The translations under genes were made by a program, and so were the position numbers. From an uncultured virus (IMG/VR IMGVR_UViG_3300008107_000170) (lineage: Duplodnaviria; Heunggongvirae; Uroviricota; Caudoviricetes): 64,000 nt of DNA. The notes beneath the pieces were generated by a model, which was given only the letters and a program-made list of their open reading frames with translations, did no database searches and was not told the DNA's origin. How positions within the stretch are numbered: position 1 is the stretch's first letter; each line of letters opens with the position of its first letter. Shown in pieces: positions 55,794 through 64,000 of this stretch. Location: IMG/VR virus record IMGVR_UViG_3300008107_000170. One strand, 5' to 3'.

Positions 55794-56330
55794 ATGAAAA
55801 AGCTCATTGCAGTTAGTGTTATCGCACTAGTAATGACAGGGTGTTCCGCAAGTATTGGGCCCCAAGAAAAGGCTAGTGCAGTAGCCGTTCAGCAGGTTGT
55901 GGAACCTGCGCCTGAATTCATGGCTAAAGTCGCTCTTATGGCTGAACGTCACAGAATTCAAAAAGTAGTAACCCGCCTGGAAAAGCGCATCGGAAAAACC
56001 TGGTACGTATTTTCAGGCTCAACGCCTAGTGGCTGGGACTGTTCAGGTCTCGTTTACTGGGCATATCAACAATTAGGAATAGAAGTCCCTCATTCAGCAA
56101 ACAAGCAGGGACACCTAGCCAAGGGTGTAAAAGACCCGCAGGTTGGGGACATTGTGGTATGGGGCTATAAAGGCTCCAAGTCTTACTACCACGCCGGAAT
56201 TTATATCGGAGATGGAAAAGCAATCCATGCAGGTTTCCGCAAGGGGACCACTACCCAGGTCATTGACGTGGATAGTCCAGCATTTAAAGGCAGTACGGTT
56301 AAGTTCGTACGGCTAATTAAAACCTTGTAA
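55794..56330 (+). CDS. NlpC/P60 peptidoglycan hydrolase with lipoprotein-like signal
   Basis: YVFSG...GWDCSGLV, HAGIYIGDGKAIHA; LVMTGC lipobox-like. Confidence 0.88.
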   Translation: MKKLIAVSVIALVMTGCSASIGPQEKASAVAVQQVVEPAPEFMAKVALMAERHRIQKVVTRLEKRIGKTWYVFSGSTPSGWDCSGLVYWAYQQLGIEVPHSANKQGHLAKGVKDPQVGDIVVWGYKGSKSYYHAGIYIGDGKAIHAGFRKGTTTQVIDVDSPAFKGSTVKFVRLIKTL

Positions 56331-56333
56331 CAG

Positions 56334-56360
56334 AAAGGGCCTCCGAAAGGGGGCCCTTTT
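56334..56360 (+). terminator. Intrinsic terminator
   Basis: AAAGGGCCTCC-GAAA-GGGGGCCCTTTT. Confidence 0.85.
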
Positions 56361-56478
56361 GCTATACTGTAGGGGACACGCCAACCGGGTGTCGCAAACA
56401 AGTACTGTGCTTCGGGCAGTAAAATACATAAAATACTACGTATTTTGTCTAGGCACAGCTATCGTCGAAAGAGATAAC

Positions 56479-57015
56479 ATGCTAAACCGTAATGATGATT
56501 TCTACCCACCTCGTCCAGAAAAAGACTGGCACAAGAAACCATACATTTCTCCTCAGGACCCCCGCATTTCCGAGGGTATTAAGAAACCAGAACCGCCTAG
56601 GGTTCTCACCATCACCGACCTGTTCCCAAATCTGGGGCGACTATCTATTGGCTGGTCACCAATTCTCGACACTCTCAAAGAGGTCACTGCAACCAAACCT
56701 TCTTACCCGCCTTACGACATCGTCAAGATTGACGACGAGACTAACGTTCTAAATGTCGCTGTGGCAGGATTTAGCAAGAAGGACCTTACCGTGTCTGTTC
56801 AAGACTCTGTCCTCAAGATTGAGGGCAAGAAGAAGGGTAGGCCGGAGGGCGAAGTAGTTTACCAGGGAATCGCTGGGCGTAACTTCACTCTATCCCTGGC
56901 TGTGGCAGAGTTCTGGGAAATCAAGGACGCCAAGGTAGAGGACGGCATGCTGGTCATTACCTTTGTGAAAGAATTGCCTGAAGAAAAGAAGCCTAAGGTA
57001 ATTGACATCAAGTAG
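56479..57015 (+). CDS. Small heat-shock protein (Hsp20/IbpA-like)
   Basis: SYPPYDI, VAVAGF, YQGIAGRNF, AKVEDGMLVI...PEEKKPKVIDI; ATG 56479. Confidence 0.9.
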   Translation: MLNRNDDFYPPRPEKDWHKKPYISPQDPRISEGIKKPEPPRVLTITDLFPNLGRLSIGWSPILDTLKEVTATKPSYPPYDIVKIDDETNVLNVAVAGFSKKDLTVSVQDSVLKIEGKKKGRPEGEVVYQGIAGRNFTLSLAVAEFWEIKDAKVEDGMLVITFVKELPEEKKPKVIDIK

Positions 57016-57088
57016 CTAATCTGCTACCATAGTTAGCGAAGCCCGAGATACACCGATGTTGTGCCTCGGGCTTTGCTATACTTGGTGT

Positions 57089-57253
57089 ATGCCAAACGCA
57101 CACAAAACACCTACCCGTACAGTGAGAGTTCCAGACGAGCTCTGGGCCGCTGTTCAGGCTAAGGCCGCAGAAGAGGGCGTCACTGTAACCAGTGTAATTC
57201 TAGAAGCCCTAGAAAAATACCGCGTGTCAGGACTTGACAACCCAGACGAATAG
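57089..57253 (+). CDS. Ribbon-helix-helix DNA-binding protein, probably leaderless
   Basis: TRTVRVPDELWAAVQAKAAEEGVTVTSVI; TATACT 6 nt before ATG. Confidence 0.8.
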   Translation: MPNAHKTPTRTVRVPDELWAAVQAKAAEEGVTVTSVILEALEKYRVSGLDNPDE

Positions 57254-57317
57254 TCTTAGCGTATGTATTGCTAAAAGTTAGCAACCCTCAAGAGGGTTTA
57301 GACTAATAAGGAAATAC

Positions 57318-57752
57318 ATGCCAATCATCAACGACTCTCCAGACCAGAACATGGATACCATCAAACGCGAACTTCAGCAGTACGTCACTCTTAAGGACGA
57401 GGCCGAAGCCATTACCGAGCGCGTTACTACAATCAAGAAGCGCCTTACTGCGTACATCGAAGACCTAGGCGAGCCAAACGAAAAAGGCAGCATCGTTCTT
57501 CCTGTAGAAGACGACCGCACCGGCACCCGCGCTATCGTAAAGCAGCGCCGTGTCTCTAAGCAGTTCGATGAGAACACCGCCAACGACCTCTTGAAGTCAA
57601 AGGGCTTGTTCGACACCTGCACTACCACTGTCACTATGCTTGACCAGGATGCTGTAATGGCTGCCTACTACGAAGGCAAACTCACTGATTCTGACATTGA
57701 TACCATGTTCCCTGAGAAGGTTACCTGGGCCCTAGTTTTGGAGAAGAAATAA
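57318..57752 (+). CDS. Hypothetical protein with N-terminal coiled coil
   Basis: 144 aa; AAGGA RBS; TTGACA promoter-like sequence upstream. Confidence 0.7.
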   Translation: MPIINDSPDQNMDTIKRELQQYVTLKDEAEAITERVTTIKKRLTAYIEDLGEPNEKGSIVLPVEDDRTGTRAIVKQRRVSKQFDENTANDLLKSKGLFDTCTTTVTMLDQDAVMAAYYEGKLTDSDIDTMFPEKVTWALVLEKK

Positions 57753-57955
57753 TGGCACGCATCGCTGACCTAGATGCTCAGGGAGTCCGTGACTTACACT
57801 CTTACAATGTTGGTGTTGAAGATGCTAACGCTCGCATCATCGAATGGATTGAAGCTAACCGTTCTGCAATTGAGCTCGAGCCTGGCAATAACCTTTACCG
57901 TGACCACTTCAACTCTCAGTCGTTGATTGCCTTTATCAAGGGAGAGAACAAGTGA
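57752..57955 (+). CDS. Small hypothetical protein ending IKGENK
   Basis: Coupled ORF. Confidence 0.7.
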   Translation: MARIADLDAQGVRDLHSYNVGVEDANARIIEWIEANRSAIELEPGNNLYRDHFNSQSLIAFIKGENK

Positions 57956-58134
57956 GCCAGTTCAAGCGGGACATCGAAAAAAAGATGCTTAACCCTGAGT
58001 ATGCCTACGAGTTCGGTCGGGCAGAGCGTGAATTAGAGATTATCGAACTGCTAGAAGAACAAGCAGAAATTACGGGCTATGTCGAAATTAAACTTAGCCG
58101 CCTCATCGCTCTTATCAAGGGAGAAAATAAGTGA
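57952..58134 (+). CDS. Small hypothetical protein ending IKGENK
   Basis: Coupled ORF with the same C-terminus as the previous gene. Confidence 0.7.
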   Translation: MSQFKRDIEKKMLNPEYAYEFGRAERELEIIELLEEQAEITGYVEIKLSRLIALIKGENK

Positions 58135-58256
58135 GCTTAGTGACGGTTTTGTCTTATGCAGTTGCAGTTATGTATACCGCTGTGTTTGTTTACATCATAT
58201 TTGTTTGGAACAAAGAGGACCGCAATAACAAGCGCGACCTAGACAAAAAGAAATAA
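58131..58256 (+). CDS. Small membrane protein (41 aa, not in ORF track)
   Basis: GTG start after GGAG; one TM helix and a basic tail. Confidence 0.55.
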   Translation: MSLVTVLSYAVAVMYTAVFVYIIFVWNKEDRNNKRDLDKKK

Positions 58257-58322
58257 AAAAGTCACGCTAAACTTTAAAAATTTAGTTGCTAGACTACTTG
58301 TCCAACTACTACGAGATACAAA

Positions 58323-58538
58323 ATGACCCCAGAAGAAAACGACAAAGTTCACCAGGCTTTATCTGAAGCCAGGTGGGACTCGTACCTTTACGGACGAGCC
58401 ATGGAACGAACAGCTATGCTTAAAGCGGTTAACGACCTCATCGAGTCTGGTTCTTTCAGCGATGCAACAATTGTTCAATCAGTGTTGGTGTATCTAAAAA
58501 CCAAAATTAAGAAGGACAAGAATGAGCAAGTTAGCTAG
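58323..58538 (+). CDS. Hypothetical protein
   Basis: 71 aa, YLYGRAMER. Confidence 0.6.
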   Translation: MTPEENDKVHQALSEARWDSYLYGRAMERTAMLKAVNDLIESGSFSDATIVQSVLVYLKTKIKKDKNEQVS

Positions 58539-58701
58539 CTTTTTAAAAAGATTCGGCCCAGAGTATTCAGAATGGCTTAGACTGCATGATGAATATATTG
58601 CAATGTCGGAGCGTGAGCGTATACTTACTGTCCTGAGTAAAAACAAAATAGTCCTTCCAGAGAAGGCTTTAAAATTAGTAACTGGAGAACCTAGTGAGTG
58701 A
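58522..58701 (+). CDS. Hypothetical protein (59 aa, not in ORF track)
   Basis: MSKLASFLKRFGPEY...SERERIL; AAGGA RBS. Confidence 0.55.
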   Translation: MSKLASFLKRFGPEYSEWLRLHDEYIAMSERERILTVLSKNKIVLPEKALKLVTGEPSE

Positions 58702-59155
58702 CTTCATCGAAGAAACGTTTGGTGGCCTGGACGTATTTTATCCCGGTAGTAAACGTAAGCGTCGAGAAGCCCCAGCAGAGGCTGCAAAAGACAGCTCATG
58801 GGAAACAGACTTTTTTGAAAAAGCTTTGCCAAATGGTAGACAAATTCAAATGTATACGCTAGGCTCGTTAGCCAAGGCCCTAGGCCGACCAACCAAGACC
58901 GTAAGGTATTGGGTGGAAAATGGAATACTTCCAACATCGCCTTACCGCCTCCCGTCCAAGCAGGGTGTCGATGGTAAGGTGTATGCTGGTAGGCGCTTGT
59001 ATAGCAAGGCAATGGTACAGGCCACTATAGAGTTGTTTTCTAAAGCTGGACTTTTGGGAACAGTTCGTATAGAATGGTCATTACACCGGAGTCTTGTTGA
59101 CAAGATTGCCGAGGCGTGGGAGAATATCCGCGCAGAAGAAATGCAAAATAACTAA
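58694..59155 (+). CDS. MerR-like HTH DNA-binding protein
   Basis: YTLGSLAKALGRPTKTVRYWVENGILP...RRLYS. Confidence 0.75.
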   Translation: MSDFIEETFGGLDVFYPGSKRKRREAPAEAAKDSSWETDFFEKALPNGRQIQMYTLGSLAKALGRPTKTVRYWVENGILPTSPYRLPSKQGVDGKVYAGRRLYSKAMVQATIELFSKAGLLGTVRIEWSLHRSLVDKIAEAWENIRAEEMQNN

Positions 59156-59167
59156 TAAAGGAAAAAC

Positions 59168-59827
59168 ATGCCAATTCAGCAAAATGCCCCAGATGCCGCC
59201 AGCTACGTTGCAGACGACATTGACGACCGCCCAGAGCAGGCAACTGCTTCGTCAACCTCAGTACTTTCAGGCTGGGACGCGGCGGACACACTAACCACTT
59301 CTACTGACTTCCCTACTGAAGTTAAGTTCGAAGATGGCAAGCACTTGGTCTTCAAGTTCCTAGATGAGAACGGACCATTTGCTATCTACAAGCAGCACTT
59401 CCTAAAGCAGAAGACCAGCGGTAAGCGCTCGTATGTCTGCATTGGTGCTGACTGCCCTCTCTGCATTAAGTTGCAGGACCGCCCAGAGAACAAGCGAGCA
59501 TTCACTGTTGTCACCCTAAATGGTGAGCAGGGAATGCAGCGTCAGATGCTTATCTCGGGTGCCCGTCTATACCAGGCACTACACGCAGCTCACTATTCAC
59601 CACAAGGTCCTCTAACCAAAGGATATTGGGCTATTGTGCGCCTTGGCAAAGGCCCACAGACTGCATACACAGTTACCCCTATCAAAGAGCGTGACCTAGA
59701 GGAAGACTGGAAGATTGATGCCGAAAAGGCAGCCTCTTCTGTAGCCTCGTCTGAGGTCTACACCCGCAATCTCATCAAGGAGCACTCACTAGAGGAGCTC
59801 ACCGAGATTGCCGAAGCCCTTATCTAG
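59168..59827 (+). CDS. Single-stranded DNA-binding protein (gp32-like)
   Basis: KFLD...YKQHF...YVC....CPLC zinc motif; G.G..T.Y; directly before polA. Confidence 0.7.
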   Translation: MPIQQNAPDAASYVADDIDDRPEQATASSTSVLSGWDAADTLTTSTDFPTEVKFEDGKHLVFKFLDENGPFAIYKQHFLKQKTSGKRSYVCIGADCPLCIKLQDRPENKRAFTVVTLNGEQGMQRQMLISGARLYQALHAAHYSPQGPLTKGYWAIVRLGKGPQTAYTVTPIKERDLEEDWKIDAEKAASSVASSEVYTRNLIKEHSLEELTEIAEALI

Positions 59828-59890
59828 ATAACCCTAGCGATTGGCGGGGGCTTAGCGCCCCCGCCTTTTGCGTCAATGCCAGGATGCCAA

Positions 59891-61873
59891 ATGAACATTA
59901 TTACAACTGCCGAACAACTTTCTGACATGGTAGAGTACTACCTTGCCCAAGATGCCTTTGCTTTTGACGTTGAAACTGTAGGCCCATTTAGAGGGCTTAC
60001 TCCAGTAAACGAAGTCTTATGGATTACGTTTGCTACTCACGGTAGGTGCGACGTTATCCCGATGGGGCACCCGCACGGAGACTTTATTGAAGAGGTATTT
60101 CCTCTAACCGGCCAGGGTGAACTTAGAAAACAGAAGGGCCTGTCACTTCGACCAAGTGACTACAGCCGCGATGCCAAGAAAGCCACCAAGGTATTTGGCC
60201 CAGCGCCCAAGCAACTATACCCAGCCGAGGTTTTTAAGGCGATAGAGCCTCTAATGTTTAATGACCAGATTCTAACTATCGGTCACAATCTAATGTTTGA
60301 CGTAACCTCAATATCAAAATACTACGGCGGCAGAATACCTACTGCTCCCTACTTTGACACGATGGTGGCGTCTTTTATATCCGATAACCGCAACAAGAAC
60401 AAGTGCGGTCTTGCTGATTGCCTTAAGCGAGAGTTTGGCTACGAGATGGCCAAGGGAGTAGGTAAAGAGGTCGAGGCTTACGACTTTAATACCGTTGCGA
60501 AGTACGCATACCTAGACTCAAAGTACACGTTCCTATTGTGGAAGTCGCTAGTGCCAAAGCTAGAGGCCGGAGACCTAGGTCGCGTGTTCTCGCTAGAGAT
60601 GGATGTCCTAGCAGTTCTATGCGACATGAAACTAACTGGCGCAACTATCGACACCGATTCTCTAAAGCAACTAAAGATTGACCTCGAGGCAAAGGTAGAA
60701 GAGGCCCGCGGCAACATCTACAAAGCAGCTGGTCGAGAGTTTAACATCAACTCAAACCCAGAGAAGCAGGCTCTACTTTACGGCCCTAAGTCAGAGGGGG
60801 GTCGAGGGCTAAAGGCTCAGGTGCTAACCCCAAAGGGGAACACCAAGTCGCGCGGTGAAGAGGAGTTGGCGCTGTCCGACTACTCGGTATCAGCTGAAGC
60901 ATTAGAGCCATACCGTGACAAGGACCCGCTAGTAACTGCCATGCTGGAGTATGCCGACTACAACAAACTTCTTTCTACGTATGTAATTCCTTATCTAGGC
61001 GGTGACATCGAGAAAACAGTCGGGGGAAAGACCAAGACTGAGACTAAAGAAAGCATCCTAATAAATGGCAGAATTCACGGAGACTTCATTCAGATAGGTG
61101 CAGAGACCGGCAGGTTCTCTAGCCGTAACCCAAACTTGCAGAATGTACCCGCTCCTCACACGCCGCACGGTAAGGCTATTCGTAATCTTTTCGTGGCTCC
61201 GCCAGGGCACAAGTTAGTGGTCGCTGACTACTCGCAAATTGAGCCGCGAGTTATTGCCTCTTTCTCTGAAGACCCAATTATGATGGACAACTACCTAAAC
61301 GGTAAGGACATCTACACCACTGTAGGAGACACCATGGGAGTGGACCGCAAGGCAGGCAAGGTCCTTGTGCTAGCCATGGCATACGGTGTAGGGCCAGACA
61401 AGATTGCTGCAAGCATCGGGTGTACTAGGACTGAGGCTAAAGATTTGCTTGACCGGTTTGCCTCTGAGTTTAGTTCTATATCAAAGTACCGCGCAAAAGT
61501 AATCGGCTCAACTAAAATGGCAAAGCCTGTACCCTGTGTAAAAACCATCACTGGACGTCGCAGATACTTACCAGAGATTATGTCGCGTGACAATAGCTTT
61601 AGGGCCGGTGCTGAGAGGCAGGCATTTAACACTAAGATTCAAGGCAGCGCCGCTGACATCATCAAGATTGCTATGGTAAGGGCGCACACTATGATTCCAA
61701 AAGAGAGTAAGATTATCCTCACAGTTCACGATGAACTCGTATTAACTACTCCGGCCGATATGGCAGAGGAAACTGCAGAAAAACTAAGAGAGGCTATGGA
61801 GGACATTCAAGTGTTAAAAGTACCGCTAGTAGCAGACGTAAAGATTGTTGACAGATGGGGTGAGGCTAAATGA
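59891..61873 (+). CDS. polA: DNA polymerase family A with 3'-5' exonuclease domain
   Basis: FDVET, GHNLMFD, TGRFSSRNPNLQN, ADYSQIEPR, IQGSAADIIK, VHDE. Confidence 0.95.
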   Translation: MNIITTAEQLSDMVEYYLAQDAFAFDVETVGPFRGLTPVNEVLWITFATHGRCDVIPMGHPHGDFIEEVFPLTGQGELRKQKGLSLRPSDYSRDAKKATKVFGPAPKQLYPAEVFKAIEPLMFNDQILTIGHNLMFDVTSISKYYGGRIPTAPYFDTMVASFISDNRNKNKCGLADCLKREFGYEMAKGVGKEVEAYDFNTVAKYAYLDSKYTFLLWKSLVPKLEAGDLGRVFSLEMDVLAVLCDMKLTGATIDTDSLKQLKIDLEAKVEEARGNIYKAAGREFNINSNPEKQALLYGPKSEGGRGLKAQVLTPKGNTKSRGEEELALSDYSVSAEALEPYRDKDPLVTAMLEYADYNKLLSTYVIPYLGGDIEKTVGGKTKTETKESILINGRIHGDFIQIGAETGRFSSRNPNLQNVPAPHTPHGKAIRNLFVAPPGHKLVVADYSQIEPRVIASFSEDPIMMDNYLNGKDIYTTVGDTMGVDRKAGKVLVLAMAYGVGPDKIAASIGCTRTEAKDLLDRFASEFSSISKYRAKVIGSTKMAKPVPCVKTITGRRRYLPEIMSRDNSFRAGAERQAFNTKIQGSAADIIKIAMVRAHTMIPKESKIILTVHDELVLTTPADMAEETAEKLREAMEDIQVLKVPLVADVKIVDRWGEAK

Positions 61874-62331
61874 GTGAGCACGAGGACCACGAGCACGACT
61901 TCTCTGAGGGTCACTACCTTAGCAAGATTCCGCTTACTACCCTATACCGCTGGTTTATGTATGACATACACACAGAAAACCCAAACAACCACGTTGACAT
62001 ATTTAAAATAACAGCGGTAAGCGATGAGGGTGACGAAAAGGAGCAGGAAGAGTCGAGGCTCAGAATGGAGCAGATTCAAGAGCTTCTTCCACTTATGAAT
62101 CTGTACTCAACCATGACCGCTCAGTACGTTTTTGAGATGCAAAAGCGAGAGGTCATAGACGAGGTATCACCTGAGATTGCTGAGAAGCTAGAAAAAGATT
62201 CAAACAAGATGAAGCAGTTTTACAAACTAATTTCTCTTTCAGCGCTTATGACAATGCTGTCTAGCGCAGTAGAGCTAGGAATCCTATCTACAGAGGGTTC
62301 ATTAATTGACGTAGACGAGATAAAGGAATAA
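61870..62331 (+). CDS. Hypothetical protein
   Basis: 153 aa, coupled to polA. Confidence 0.7.
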   Translation: MSEHEDHEHDFSEGHYLSKIPLTTLYRWFMYDIHTENPNNHVDIFKITAVSDEGDEKEQEESRLRMEQIQELLPLMNLYSTMTAQYVFEMQKREVIDEVSPEIAEKLEKDSNKMKQFYKLISLSALMTMLSSAVELGILSTEGSLIDVDEIKE

Positions 62332-62332
62332 T

Positions 62333-62698
62333 ATGTCAAATTCATGGTGGGCTAACAAGCTCGGTAACCAGCCGCCTCAGCAGGCACAAAACTACCTTCC
62401 CCCGGTATCCCCACAACAGCAGGTGCCTCAGCAGCAAGTGCCTCAGCAGGGTCAGAGGCTACCCAGCAGTGCCCAGTCGTATGACCGATGCCCTAACTGT
62501 GCCAGCGGCAACTACGGCAAGATGCCGGGGTTCCCAGAGGCTAAAGCTAGGTGCTATGATTGTGGCTACCCACTGACCCAGTCAGGTACAGGTATGCCGG
62601 GAATGCACATTCCATCTAACGGCAACACTGTAGCGGCGACACAAATTAATACAGCAAACAACTTTAACCCAGGCGTAATTATCGACAGGATTGGCTAA
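62333..62698 (+). CDS. Zinc-ribbon protein with Gln/Pro-rich N-terminus
   Basis: CPNC...RCYDCGYP. Confidence 0.7.
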   Translation: MSNSWWANKLGNQPPQQAQNYLPPVSPQQQVPQQQVPQQGQRLPSSAQSYDRCPNCASGNYGKMPGFPEAKARCYDCGYPLTQSGTGMPGMHIPSNGNTVAATQINTANNFNPGVIIDRIG

Positions 62699-63714
62699 TG
62701 TCACTTCAAAAACTACTCGCATCAATCAACAAGAAGTACGGCGAAAACACCATAGTACTAGCATCAGAGATTGTTGCTCCTACACGGTTTACGTCCGGCT
62801 CGTTATCGCTAGACATGATTCTCGGCGGAGGGTGGCCTACTAATCAGTGGCACGAGATTATTGGCGAGGCCAGTAATGGTAAGACGGCGCTCGCCCTTAA
62901 GACCATCGCAGCCAACCAAAAACGAGACCCTAACTTCACGACTATATGGATTGCTGCTGAGGAGTGGGTACCGGAGTACGCAGAGATGTGCGGGGTAGAC
63001 CCTTCTAGAGTTCACGTGTTTACAAGCAACATTATGGAGGTAGCTCTTACAGCAGTTCTAGAGTTTGTAGAGACCCAGGAAGTAGACTGCGTAGTTATTG
63101 ACTCGTTGCCTGCCCTAGTCCCATCTGCTGAAGATGAGAAAGAGATGGACGAGTTTACTGTAGGCCGTGGCGCACAGTTGATGGGCAAGTTCTTCCGTAA
63201 AATGGAGAAGGCCGGAAAGCGCGACCTACTAGGCGGAGAGCGCCCATTCATCGGTATTATTATTAACCAGTGGCGTATGAAGATTGGTGTCATGTACGGT
63301 GACCCACGAACCACCCCTGGCGGAGAGGCTAAGAACTATTTCTTCTTTACACGAGTAGAAGTAAAGCGTGACGACTGGATTGAGGTCGGCACTGGCCAAG
63401 AAAAGCGTAAAGTCGGTCAGTCTATTAAGTTCACTACTAAGAAGAACAAATCAGCGCCTCCGGGCCAGGTTGCCTTTACTGATTTTTACTTCGATGACGG
63501 GACCGGGATTGACAAAGGCGAGTACGACTACGCCAAAGAAATTGTGTCACTAGGAATCTTAAACAAGATTATTACCAGAGCTGGTGCATACTATCGGTAC
63601 GCAGAACGCCAGTGGCAGGGCGCAGACGCTTTACTATCTTCGATTCGTGAAGAGGTAGACCTACAGGAAATGCTGCAAAAAGACGTTCTTGGGACACTTA
63701 AGCTGGCTGTATAA
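62698..63714 (+). CDS. recA: RecA-family recombinase
   Basis: SGSLSLDMILGGG, GEASNGKT, VVIDS, INQWRMKIGVMYGDPRTTPGG. Confidence 0.95.
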   Translation: MSLQKLLASINKKYGENTIVLASEIVAPTRFTSGSLSLDMILGGGWPTNQWHEIIGEASNGKTALALKTIAANQKRDPNFTTIWIAAEEWVPEYAEMCGVDPSRVHVFTSNIMEVALTAVLEFVETQEVDCVVIDSLPALVPSAEDEKEMDEFTVGRGAQLMGKFFRKMEKAGKRDLLGGERPFIGIIINQWRMKIGVMYGDPRTTPGGEAKNYFFFTRVEVKRDDWIEVGTGQEKRKVGQSIKFTTKKNKSAPPGQVAFTDFYFDDGTGIDKGEYDYAKEIVSLGILNKIITRAGAYYRYAERQWQGADALLSSIREEVDLQEMLQKDVLGTLKLAV

Positions 63715-63908
63715 TGGCTAGGCCAAAAGTAAATAAAGAATGCGAAGAGTGCGGAGAAGGGCACTACGCAAAAGGCCTATGCAAGCGACACTACATGGCA
63801 GTTAATAAAGACCGATTTAATCCAAGTATTAATCCAAAACCGAAGTCGGCTCAACTAGACAAGGATGACTTCTGGGAGTTTGTTAAGAAAGAGCTAAATA
63901 TTGCCTAA
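63714..63908 (+). CDS. Small zinc-binding protein
   Basis: CEEC....AKGLCKRHY. Confidence 0.65.
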   Translation: MARPKVNKECEECGEGHYAKGLCKRHYMAVNKDRFNPSINPKPKSAQLDKDDFWEFVKKELNIA

Positions 63909-64000
63909 ATCAGAGGGCCAAAAGCAGTCCCAGAAGCACGAAAAGAGGCTAGCTAAAACCATAGGCGGTCAGAGAAGCGTGGCCTCTGGCGCGTTCTGGT
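63901..64000 (+). CDS. Probable Holliday-junction resolvase-like nuclease (partial)
   Basis: TTG start, SQKHEKRLAKTIGG...ASGAFW; truncated by the window end. Confidence 0.5.
   Translation, partial: MPKSEGQKQSQKHEKRLAKTIGGQRSVASGAFW

Larger units (their letters stand above)
1..64000. mobile_element. Segment of a contractile-tailed dsDNA bacteriophage genome (probable actinobacterial myovirus)
   Basis: Ordered terminase, portal, scaffold, capsid, sheath, tube, tape measure and baseplate genes plus a phage replication module; no host housekeeping context. Confidence 0.97.

Noticed and set aside
14091..63714. Inteins or introns in terL, dnaB, polA or recA
   Set aside because: Protein lengths are ordinary, motifs are contiguous, and no intein splice motifs were noticed
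1..64000. tRNA or rRNA genes
   Set aside because: No cloverleaf with a T-loop GTTCGA pattern was found in the intergenic spaces inspected; a tRNAscan-SE run would be needed to exclude them

Overview
The window is about 64 kb of a ~50% GC dsDNA tailed-phage genome with a contractile tail (myovirus). The host is inferred to be actinobacterial from leaderless TANNNT-N6-ATG genes, PhoP/WhiA-like motifs and the gene repertoire. Layout: (1) 1-5.5 kb, a leftward early-type region of small ORFs (DUF932, SH3/WYL_2-like, zinc fingers) built from five repeated promoter modules and long palindromes, and depleted of several 4-bp palindromes; (2) 5.6-14 kb, small paralogous and putative virion/accessory genes; (3) 14-45.7 kb, morphogenesis (terminase, portal, scaffold, major capsid, fibres, sheath, tube, tape measure with M23 domain, baseplate), containing an FN3-(PPYF)n / prolyl-hydroxylase / DUF6065-like / sulfotransferase-like cluster and a block of Lys-rich histone-like genes; (4) 45.7-64 kb, replication and recombination (initiator, DnaC, DnaB, DnaG, SNF2, SSB, PolA, RecA), interrupted by an inverted lysis/lectin block plus NlpC/P60 and Hsp20. 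I saw no tRNA, rRNA, CRISPR array or integrase. There is one N-gap (29549-29625), and the tail sheath gene is broken. Best candidates for new biology: the putative virion-protein modification cassette at 25.7-28.6 kb, the promoter/cruciform modules of the early region, a start-less ORF reachable by a UUU_CGU +1 frameshift, and a family of small proteins sharing an N-terminal P..QF tag. All family assignments come from motif recognition by eye, not from database searches.
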